In this document: piece after piece, positions 20,639-28,867 of the stretch
Layout: every line of letters starts with the position of its first letter
Numbering within the stretch: the first letter of the stretch is position 1
NCBI GenBank assembly: GCA_964389675.1
Contig: CAYMEV010000005.1
Coordinates: forward strand, 1-64,000
DNA length: 64,000 bases
From: an uncultured Candidatus Sumerlaeota bacterium
GTDB lineage: Bacteria > CAYMEV01
Direction: 5' to 3'
Position numbers and translations under genes: made by a program
Notes under the pieces: generated by a model
Databases searched by the model: none
Told to the model about the DNA's origin: nothing
Seen by the model: only the letters and a program-made list of their open reading frames with translations

Positions 20639-22030
20639 GTGAAAAGACTTATTCTTGTTCTGATATTAGTTCCAGTTGCAGTAATGTCCCTTATTGGTTC
20701 CCTGACAGAAGAGAACATTGATATTTTTCTGGAAAGCCTTCAGATCAATGGCTTTATTGTACAGGAAGGTGAATTTTTCCTTGTGGATGCAATAGAGCTG
20801 TTCAATAATGGTATTATTTCCACCTGCAATGGAAATAATGCAGGCAATCTCTATTTTTCATATAAGATTCCTCCAGGGCCCGGGCAGATACTTCCGAATC
20901 TCATTATAGACATAGTCTACCCGCTGCGTCATGACGAAGCACTGATTTTTGTCGGGAAAACACCTCCTGAAATGAAATACTTCAGTTACAGGAGTTTTAT
21001 GATCTACAGGTACCTTCATGGGATTGACAGCTACACAAAGATATATGCCAGCCTTGGAGATACTATCAATAATTTCACGATAAGCACTGTGAATACCCCC
21101 GGCGGAGATGATGGCTGGCCATTTGACCAGGATATAATTATCATAACGACTGCAGATGAACAGGTAGATGCCAAAATAAGAAACCTCGCAGAAAGTGCAG
21201 GTTATCCGCCGGTAATTATAAACACAGACATTCTGCCTTCAAATATCCTGAATATGGGGCTGTACCCGGGGTGTGACTATTTTTCCTTTCTGGCAAGGAC
21301 AGCCATGTATATAGATACTGAAGCCTGCGAAGAATATCTCCAGAATCCAGGAGCCAGAGTTTTCAGGGTTACCCCCAAAAAAGAGATGAAGCATAAGCCA
21401 TTCAAAACGCCTGATCTTAGAATAAGGGGAACCGGAAAAAGCGAAATGGATCTAATGCCTGCTGTCGAAGCCCTTAGAAACGCAATACTCACTGCAAATA
21501 AAGGTTATAATGTATTTGAACTGCAGACAGAACAATGGCTTCCGGACGCATTCCAAAGTATACAAACCAATAAGGATATGATAGGAGAAAGCCGTGATAC
21601 GACCTATCTAAGAACAGACATTGAATCAGAATTTTATCTTACGGATGATCCCGGGGATTTCCTTATAGTATACGGGGTCAACCATAATATGACAGGAAAA
21701 AGCATATACTCCAATTTCATAACCTATGGTGCCCAGTACCTTAATGGAGTTGCATCTGTAAATAACCTGCAGTATCAGGGGAGTGCCCTGAGGTTCCTTC
21801 CGGGGAACAAGAATGCAAAATACCTTTATGCATGGAAGATCTGCAGAAACGCAAACGGTGAAGAGTACTGCACTGAGGTGCCGGTCGGCCCTGATGGATA
21901 TGGAGTGCCGCTGTCAGACAAGCTTTTTATAGGATTCAGGTCATATATAGAACCGGAAAAGGAAACCGGGCCATCATACGGTGAAATAATATATGACAGG
22001 GTAATACATTTTACACCCCCTGGGAAATAG
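20639..22030 (+). CDS. hypothetical exported protein
   Basis: 463 aa, GTG start with GGGGG RBS, signal peptide; family not assigned. Confidence 0.75.
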   Translation: MKRLILVLILVPVAVMSLIGSLTEENIDIFLESLQINGFIVQEGEFFLVDAIELFNNGIISTCNGNNAGNLYFSYKIPPGPGQILPNLIIDIVYPLRHDEALIFVGKTPPEMKYFSYRSFMIYRYLHGIDSYTKIYASLGDTINNFTISTVNTPGGDDGWPFDQDIIIITTADEQVDAKIRNLAESAGYPPVIINTDILPSNILNMGLYPGCDYFSFLARTAMYIDTEACEEYLQNPGARVFRVTPKKEMKHKPFKTPDLRIRGTGKSEMDLMPAVEALRNAILTANKGYNVFELQTEQWLPDAFQSIQTNKDMIGESRDTTYLRTDIESEFYLTDDPGDFLIVYGVNHNMTGKSIYSNFITYGAQYLNGVASVNNLQYQGSALRFLPGNKNAKYLYAWKICRNANGEEYCTEVPVGPDGYGVPLSDKLFIGFRSYIEPEKETGPSYGEIIYDRVIHFTPPGK

Positions 22031-22054
22031 AAAATAAAAAGAAAAAAATCAGAT

Positions 22055-22582
22055 ATGCTGAAAACTGAATTTATTAAATTGAGAAAAGCCACATCAGAGA
22101 TAGCTCATTTATTTAATCAATGGGAAAATGACCCTTATACGGTTGCATTTTCGCGACCTAGCAAAAATATAATGGAAATGAAAGAGAAGCATTCTGTTAC
22201 TATGAAAGAATTGAGTGAACGCCTAAAAAGCCAGACAATATACCTGATATGCCTTAATCAAAAATTGATAGGAGAGATGAACTATCAGATTAATGCTAAG
22301 CCCCTTTTGAAAAAGGATCCGCTATCGGTGTGGATCAGTATTCTTATTGGAGAGAAACCATACCGGGGCAGAGGTATAGGGTTTACTGCCATGCAATACC
22401 TTGAGGAGCAGATCAGAGTGAAGAAGATCCAAAGAATAGAGCTCGGGGTATTTGAATTCAACAAAAGGGCAATAGCCCTTTATAAAAAGCTGGGTTATGA
22501 AGAAATAGCCCGAATCGATAATTTCACATACTGGCACGGGAGTATGCGGCAGGACATAAGAATGGAAAAATACCTTTTCTAA
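22055..22582 (+). CDS. GNAT N-acetyltransferase (RimJ/RimL-like)
   Basis: YRGRGIG acetyl-CoA motif; NKRAIALYKKLGY. Confidence 0.88.
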   Translation: MLKTEFIKLRKATSEIAHLFNQWENDPYTVAFSRPSKNIMEMKEKHSVTMKELSERLKSQTIYLICLNQKLIGEMNYQINAKPLLKKDPLSVWISILIGEKPYRGRGIGFTAMQYLEEQIRVKKIQRIELGVFEFNKRAIALYKKLGYEEIARIDNFTYWHGSMRQDIRMEKYLF

Positions 22583-22630
22583 TCTTCCCTTACTACTGCG
22601 TCTGAAATATTTTGCCGGGATATTTTTTTA

Positions 22631-22860
22631 TTGACTTTTTTAAATGATCAGTAATAATGGCACGATTATATTAAAAAAAGGAGAGATTATTTTGGGCAGA
22701 CGATTTTATTCGAATATCGAATAGGATCTGGACAGATTATTATTAAGACAGGAATAATATAAATTTCAGATATCTGCAGGTCCTTGAAGAGAAGCAAAAA
22801 CCTTTGAAAAAGGATCTGCAGTTTTTTTTTGCTGCACTTCCGTGCAGCTTTTTTATTTTT
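22631..22860 (+). promoter_or_regulatory. promoter plus attenuator-like 5' leader with tandem terminators
   Basis: TTGACT at 22631; stem 22774-22785/22810-22821 followed by T9; hairpin GCTGCAC-TTCC-GTGCAGC 22831-22848 followed by a T tract; all before ATG 22879. Confidence 0.6.
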
Positions 22861-22878
22861 AAAAAAGGAGGAAGGGAT

Positions 22879-23775
22879 ATGAATATTCAATCAAGTACAG
22901 CAACTGTAAAAGAGAAGAGATACTGTCTTGAGAGCGTTCTGAAGGATGCTGTCATGGTAAGCGGGGTATCAAAGGTTTTCTATAAGAGAGAATTCAACAG
23001 GGGAGAAAAGAGCTTTCTGGCCAGGCATCTGGGCAAGAAGAAAGAGTTTTATGCCTTGAACGATATCAGTTTCAGTATAAAAAAGGGTGAGATCTTTGGA
23101 GTAATCGGGCATAACGGTTCAGGTAAAAGCACTCTGATAAGAATACTTTCAACGCTTCTAACTCCTTCTTCCGGAGATGTCAGGGTATTTGACCATGATG
23201 TGATGAGGGAAAGCCTGATGGTAAAAAGGCATATCAACAGGGTAAATGTTGAAGCATCCTTCTTCAAGGTATTGACAGCCTATGAAAATATTCTGTATGC
23301 CGCCAGGCTCTATGGCATTAAGAAGCAGTATCTAAGGGATTACCTTGATAAAATTATTATTGAGCTGGATTTCAGCAGAAGGGATTTAAACACAAAGGTT
23401 GAGAACCTGTCAAGGGGAATGCAGCAAAAGGTTGCCATAATGAGATCTCTGCTGAACACCCCCAATCTGCTGCTTCTTGATGAGCCGACAACAGGCCTGG
23501 ACCCTATCTCTAAGAAATCAGTGCAGGAGACTATACTGAGGATAAGGAAGAGCCATGACATAACAATAATCCTCACCAGTCATGATATGGATGAGATTGA
23601 TGCGCTTTGTGACAGAATAATGATCATAAACAAGGGCAGAATCAAGGCAATAGGAAATAATGAATCTCTCAAGGATTATGTGCGTTATGCTGCTGACAGA
23701 AAAGATGTAAAGCTTGATGATGTATTCTGGTTTTACACAAAGGAAAAATGGTTAGAGGTTGAAAATGATGAATAA
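22879..23775 (+). CDS. ABC-2 type exporter ATP-binding protein
   Basis: GHNGSGKS, LSRGMQQ, LLLDEPT; AGGAGG RBS supports ATG 22879. Confidence 0.9.
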   Translation: MNIQSSTATVKEKRYCLESVLKDAVMVSGVSKVFYKREFNRGEKSFLARHLGKKKEFYALNDISFSIKKGEIFGVIGHNGSGKSTLIRILSTLLTPSSGDVRVFDHDVMRESLMVKRHINRVNVEASFFKVLTAYENILYAARLYGIKKQYLRDYLDKIIIELDFSRRDLNTKVENLSRGMQQKVAIMRSLLNTPNLLLLDEPTTGLDPISKKSVQETILRIRKSHDITIILTSHDMDEIDALCDRIMIINKGRIKAIGNNESLKDYVRYAADRKDVKLDDVFWFYTKEKWLEVENDE

Positions 23776-24562
23776 TATAAATTTCTATAAGCTTTTTGCT
23801 TTTACTGAAAAGAATTTTAACCTGCTGAAAAAATACCTGATATGGGAGGTCGTCTTTCTTTTTTATACTATAGTAAATATGCTGGTAATAGGATATATAG
23901 GGCTCGAATCAAACGATAACTCAAGGGTAATGTTCCTGATGATAGGGAGTCTTCTCTGGGGTTTCCTTTCCGTAATTTTCCAGGAATTATCGGTATCTGT
24001 AGCATGGGAAAGATGGGAAGGGACCCTTGAATATACTTTTATGGCCCCCATAAACAGGAGCGTATATGTCTTTGGACAGAGCCTCTATGCGGTGATTTAC
24101 GGAATATTTAGAACAGTTGTTGCGCTTTTTGTTGTAGTTTTGTTTTTTAATCTGAGTTTGAGCAATTCAAATGTTCTAAGCGCTGTATCAGTATTAGCGG
24201 TATCAGGCATCTCATTCATAGGGCTTGGTATTGTAGCATCAATCCTGCCGCTTCTTTACCCTGAAAAAGGGGAGGGGGCGACCAGGATAATTGAAGCAGC
24301 ACTGCTGCTGGTATCAGGTATTTACTATAATATTGATGTTCTTCCAGCGTGGATGCAGAGATTATCTGTCTTTTCTCCAGCTACGTATACACTGAGGGCA
24401 ATGAGGTCAGCCCTCCTGGAAAATGCAGGAATATACCAGATAAGGCATGATCTTCTGATACTGCTTATTTTTGGTATAATACTGGTACCAGCAGGATTTT
24501 ATGCTTTCTATCTTGCTGAGATGTATGCAAAAAGAGTAGGAAAACTTTCAAGGCATGGTTAA
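23765..24562 (+). CDS. ABC-2 type exporter permease
   Basis: about six TM segments, WERWEGTLEYTFMAP; overlaps the ATPase stop. Confidence 0.88.
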   Translation: MMNNINFYKLFAFTEKNFNLLKKYLIWEVVFLFYTIVNMLVIGYIGLESNDNSRVMFLMIGSLLWGFLSVIFQELSVSVAWERWEGTLEYTFMAPINRSVYVFGQSLYAVIYGIFRTVVALFVVVLFFNLSLSNSNVLSAVSVLAVSGISFIGLGIVASILPLLYPEKGEGATRIIEAALLLVSGIYYNIDVLPAWMQRLSVFSPATYTLRAMRSALLENAGIYQIRHDLLILLIFGIILVPAGFYAFYLAEMYAKRVGKLSRHG

Positions 24563-24566
24563 AAGG

Positions 24567-24594
24567 GAATGCGGGGGCAAAATCCCCTGCATTC
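24567..24594 (+). terminator. GC-rich hairpin after the ABC operon
   Basis: GAATGCGGGGG-CAAAAT-CCCCTGCATTC; no U tract. Confidence 0.45.
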
Positions 24595-24695
24595 ACTGCA
24601 GAGTTCCATCGGGCTGTATCTCAATATAAAAAAACAATGTATGAGGCATTGAAAAGGAGGGCATGTTTTTTATCCCGGACTGGATGCCGCTGCCA

Positions 24696-24724
24696 TTGAC
24701 TTTTGGGCATTAATCTGATATAAT
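24696..24724 (+). promoter_or_regulatory. sigma70-type promoter
   Basis: TTGACT-17 nt-TATAAT with extended -10 TG. Confidence 0.6.
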
Positions 24725-24760
24725 AGTAATTTATTAAAAAATCAGGAAGCGAGAATAAAT

Positions 24761-27700
24761 ATGCCCAGATTAAAAAAAGCCATCAATATCTTTTTATTCC
24801 TTTTTTTGCTTTTAAGCCTTGTGAATTACAGCAGCGATGCCGTGTCAGGTCAAGATACATGCACTGTAAGCCCGGCTGGAAGCAAAATACCTGAAACAAG
24901 GTATGACCATACCAGCATAAGGCAGATAGATCCTTTTGCAGTAAGGGTTAAAGATGCCGTATCAGATTATCTTAATGTAAGGACGGGCCCTGGTAATTCA
25001 TATGATATAATTACACAGATATATGCAGGGCAGAAGTTTATAAGCGATTATTATGAAAATGGCTGGTATCGTATCGATATACCAAGCGGGTCAGGGATCT
25101 CATATGGATGGTCATATGGCGGCACTTCAACAGAGAACGGCTATCTTGAAGGTTCCCAGGAGACCTCCTATGTAAGGGTGATAGAATGGAAAGGCACTCT
25201 TAATGTAAGGACGGGCCCTGGAACATCATATGGCATAATTACTTCCATTTCAAGCGGACAGAGGTTTGCTGCAGTTGAAGAAAGCGGAGGATGGTACAAA
25301 ATCTTCCTTTTGAATATTGATGACTACAGCTTCGGGTGGGCATCAGGAAATTACCTTGAATTATTTGAGGGAGGGGACAATGAGGGCTACAAGGCTGATC
25401 TGCTCAGTCTTGACTGCCCTTCCAGCCTGCAGGCGGGAAATTCTGGAACCGTCAGCATGGAAATTCTCAACAGCGGCAGTAATTCATTCAATGAAAATAC
25501 TATTCTTGCCTGCACCGTTCCAAGGTTCCGAAGCAGCGCTTTCTTCTACAGCACATGGATATCTGATTCCAGGGTAATGGCATCTGACAGGAACTGCCTT
25601 CCGGGCCAGGCCATAATATTCAGTTTCACAATTAAAGCTCCTGATGACGGGGCAAATAATTCCTATACTGAATATTTCAATCTCTATCAGGATGGATTTA
25701 ACTGGTTTAGCGATATGGGCGGCCCTGATGACAGCGGTATATATTTTACCATAAACGTGACAGGTTCCCAGGCATATGGTCCAAAGAGAGAAATCAGGGC
25801 TGTCTGGATATCAACGGTCTATAATATAGACTGGCCCAAGCAGAGGGCTTTAGGCGACAGCTCTGAAATTATTCCTGCCGGGGAATATATGAGAGCTGAC
25901 TGGCCTGGCCCGGCAAAGGACACTGCAGGCCAGCAGGCAAGCCTAATTGCAATTCTTGATGAACTCATGTCAACAGGTATTAACACTGTGTTTTTGCAGG
26001 TAAGGCCGGCATGTGACGCATTTTACCAGAGCAATTATGAGCCATGGTCCAGGTATCTGACCGGAACAGAGGGTGAAGCTCCTGATCCATTCTGGGACCC
26101 TCTTGAATTTGCAATCGATGCCTGTCATGAGAGAGGAATGGAGCTGCATGCATGGATCAATCCCTACAGAGCGAGAGCAGGAGGAACATCCAATCACCCT
26201 ACGCATGTTATAAATACGCATCCTGAATGGATCGTGACTTACGGCGCTTCATCCAAAAAGGTCCTTAATCCAGGCCTTCCAGAAGTCAGGGCGCATGTTG
26301 AAAATGTAATAATGGATATAGTGACAGGATACAATGTCGATGGCATACACTTTGATGATTACTTTTACCCTTATCCTGAAAGCGGATACAGCTTTGATGA
26401 TTCAGAAGCATATGGCCTTTACGGAAATGGCATGTCGCTGGAAGACTGGCGCCGATATAACGTAAATACACTTATAGAAACGGTATATAATTCCATTAAA
26501 ACAATTGACCAGAGGGTAAAATTCGGTGTAAGCCCGTTTGGTATCTGGAAATCAGGCACTCCACCCGGAATTGCTGGCCTTAGTGCATACGATGATATTT
26601 TTTGCGATGCTCTTGCCTGGCTTTCAGGAAATTATGTCGATTACATCTCGCCTCAGCTCTACTGGGGATATGGAGGAAGCACTGATTATGCACTTTTAAT
26701 GCCCTGGTGGGCATTACAGGCCGGCAATAACAACAGGCATTTTTATCCCGGCTTGGCAGCATACAGAGTGGCAAGCGGACAATTAACGGCAGAGACCCTC
26801 AGGCAACAGATACTGGATAGCCGTGATAACAGCCTGTGCCAGGGGACTATTTTTTTCAGCTCCAGCAGTGTAACAGATTATACAGTGGTTAATGACCCCC
26901 TTAAAAATGAGCTTTATCTATCCCCGGCACTGGTACCTGCAATGGAATGGATAGATGCAATACCGCCCCGGAAACCTCTTAATTTGACCATTACTCCGTC
27001 AGGAGATGGCAATATTATCAGCTGGGGGAAACCGCAGGCTGCATCAGATGGTGAATATCCCAGCAGGTATATTTTATACTGCTCCTTAACAGAGGAGATA
27101 GATACTGATAATGCAGGCAATATCCTGTATATTACAGGGATCTCCGAAGAACCTGACCTTTCATATTTTCATCAGACTTCATCAACCTGTTTCTATGCAG
27201 CTGCTTCTCTGGATCGCACTGGAAATGAAAGCCCGGCAGCATATGTATCACAGACTATAGATAACCCTTCTGATTTTTCAGCCAGCTCTGCAGGGCCGGA
27301 CAGTATTGGCCTGACATGGAATGAAAATAGTTCAGGCGATAATGTGATGATAGCATATAATACAGTTGATATTTTTGGTATTCCTGAGGGTGGATACAGT
27401 GTCGGTGAGATTATAGACCAGGGAGGGACCGTCATTTTCAGGGGTTCAGCTGCAAGCTTTGTTCATGCCGGACTGGAAGCCGGCAGTATATATTACTATA
27501 AAATCTGGTCATATAATGCAGATAATCTTTATTCTGACGGCCTGACAAGTTATGCAGTTACAGAAGATGAAACATATTATAGCCTGACGCTTTACTCATA
27601 CCCTCAGAATAATGATGTACTGCTTTACGGTGCCGGCAGCTATATGCAAGGGGATATCATTGGAATAGAGGCAATTAATCCGGGTTATGAATTCTTCTCC

Positions 27701-28867
27701 TGGACAGGAGAACCTGATGATGTACTTCTTCTTGATGATCAATCTTCCGCTTCTACCTTTTTCACCATGCCCGGGCGTGATATAATACTGACTGCATCTT
27801 TTATAGAGGAAAATTCTATGGGTATGGCCGTAATGAGCCTTGCCAACCCTCTGCATAAAGGTACCTATATATGGTCTTATGCTCCAGCCAGGCAATACGG
27901 TCATGGTTATAAAGGCTCTGACTGGCAGAATATAAGCAGTTTATCTGCATCAAGGCTTATTGCAGGTGATATCGACACCATTCCAGGGCCTGAGATCATA
28001 AGTATTTTTGATGAATATGGCCTCTGGTATTACAGCCTTACAGAAAACCTGTGGGTGAACATAATGGGAAGCTCGGTACCATGCCGGGGGATTGCACTTG
28101 CTATGGCTGGAGGAACCTCCAGCTGTCTCATTGCATCTTTTGATAATTATGGAATATATAAGAGGGAAACTGACGGCCAGTGGATCCGATTAACCTATAT
28201 AACTGCTGGTAATCTGATCGCTGTGAATTTTGATAAAGACACTGAGGGAAGAGATGAACTGATTTTTACTGCGGAAGGCTATAATGGGCTGTTCCTTTAT
28301 GATCTTGAATATAACAGCATTGCAAGGATTGAAATGGCAGCCCCGGTCCAGATGCATGCTGCTGATATCACCGGTGACGGCTTTAAGGACCTGGTCTGTG
28401 CATTTGAATCAGCCGGAATATATCTTGGCAGCTATGCAGGCAGTAAGTCAGATTTTAATAGAACTGTGGCTGATTGCCATGCATCTGGAAAAACCCTGCA
28501 GTGCTGTTTTGATAGTCCAGGCATATTCCCGGTCCTGAAATCTGTAGCATGGAACAGAATTACTTCGGCAATACCCATGGACGGCCATAATATGGGATCT
28601 GCAGATATTGCAGGTTCCCCTGGAGAAGAGATATTCATAGCCTATGGGGACAGGACATATTATTACTGCATTGATTCCGGATCATGGTTCACTTTTGTTA
28701 CAGCCCCGTTTGACTGGATAGTTTCAGGCAGGTTCACAGGAGGATATTACGATGATATTATTGCCCAGGCAAGCCCCAACGGGAATATTTATCTTTATAA
28801 AAAGGTCAGTGACTCATGGGAGCTTATCGCAGCATCAGGCAATTTAAGTTCACTTGCTTCCTTCTGA
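24761..28867 (+). CDS. secreted GHL10/YddW(DigH)-like glycoside hydrolase: SH3-SH3-Ig-GHL10-Fn3-like-InlB B-like repeat-beta-propeller
   Basis: signal peptide; two LNVRTGPG SH3 domains; REIRAVWISTVYNIDWP, ELHAWINPYR, DGIHFDDYFYPY, FGVSPFGIW, DYISPQLYW. Confidence 0.88.
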   Translation: MPRLKKAINIFLFLFLLLSLVNYSSDAVSGQDTCTVSPAGSKIPETRYDHTSIRQIDPFAVRVKDAVSDYLNVRTGPGNSYDIITQIYAGQKFISDYYENGWYRIDIPSGSGISYGWSYGGTSTENGYLEGSQETSYVRVIEWKGTLNVRTGPGTSYGIITSISSGQRFAAVEESGGWYKIFLLNIDDYSFGWASGNYLELFEGGDNEGYKADLLSLDCPSSLQAGNSGTVSMEILNSGSNSFNENTILACTVPRFRSSAFFYSTWISDSRVMASDRNCLPGQAIIFSFTIKAPDDGANNSYTEYFNLYQDGFNWFSDMGGPDDSGIYFTINVTGSQAYGPKREIRAVWISTVYNIDWPKQRALGDSSEIIPAGEYMRADWPGPAKDTAGQQASLIAILDELMSTGINTVFLQVRPACDAFYQSNYEPWSRYLTGTEGEAPDPFWDPLEFAIDACHERGMELHAWINPYRARAGGTSNHPTHVINTHPEWIVTYGASSKKVLNPGLPEVRAHVENVIMDIVTGYNVDGIHFDDYFYPYPESGYSFDDSEAYGLYGNGMSLEDWRRYNVNTLIETVYNSIKTIDQRVKFGVSPFGIWKSGTPPGIAGLSAYDDIFCDALAWLSGNYVDYISPQLYWGYGGSTDYALLMPWWALQAGNNNRHFYPGLAAYRVASGQLTAETLRQQILDSRDNSLCQGTIFFSSSSVTDYTVVNDPLKNELYLSPALVPAMEWIDAIPPRKPLNLTITPSGDGNIISWGKPQAASDGEYPSRYILYCSLTEEIDTDNAGNILYITGISEEPDLSYFHQTSSTCFYAAASLDRTGNESPAAYVSQTIDNPSDFSASSAGPDSIGLTWNENSSGDNVMIAYNTVDIFGIPEGGYSVGEIIDQGGTVIFRGSAASFVHAGLEAGSIYYYKIWSYNADNLYSDGLTSYAVTEDETYYSLTLYSYPQNNDVLLYGAGSYMQGDIIGIEAINPGYEFFSWTGEPDDVLLLDDQSSASTFFTMPGRDIILTASFIEENSMGMAVMSLANPLHKGTYIWSYAPARQYGHGYKGSDWQNISSLSASRLIAGDIDTIPGPEIISIFDEYGLWYYSLTENLWVNIMGSSVPCRGIALAMAGGTSSCLIASFDNYGIYKRETDGQWIRLTYITAGNLIAVNFDKDTEGRDELIFTAEGYNGLFLYDLEYNSIARIEMAAPVQMHAADITGDGFKDLVCAFESAGIYLGSYAGSKSDFNRTVADCHASGKTLQCCFDSPGIFPVLKSVAWNRITSAIPMDGHNMGSADIAGSPGEEIFIAYGDRTYYYCIDSGSWFTFVTAPFDWIVSGRFTGGYYDDIIAQASPNGNIYLYKKVSDSWELIAASGNLSSLASF

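Noticed and set aside
24970-25221. 24-bp exact direct repeat (24970-24993, 25198-25221) as CRISPR or recombination site
   Set aside because: Only two copies, both in frame and encoding the LNVRTGPG motif of tandem SH3 domains.
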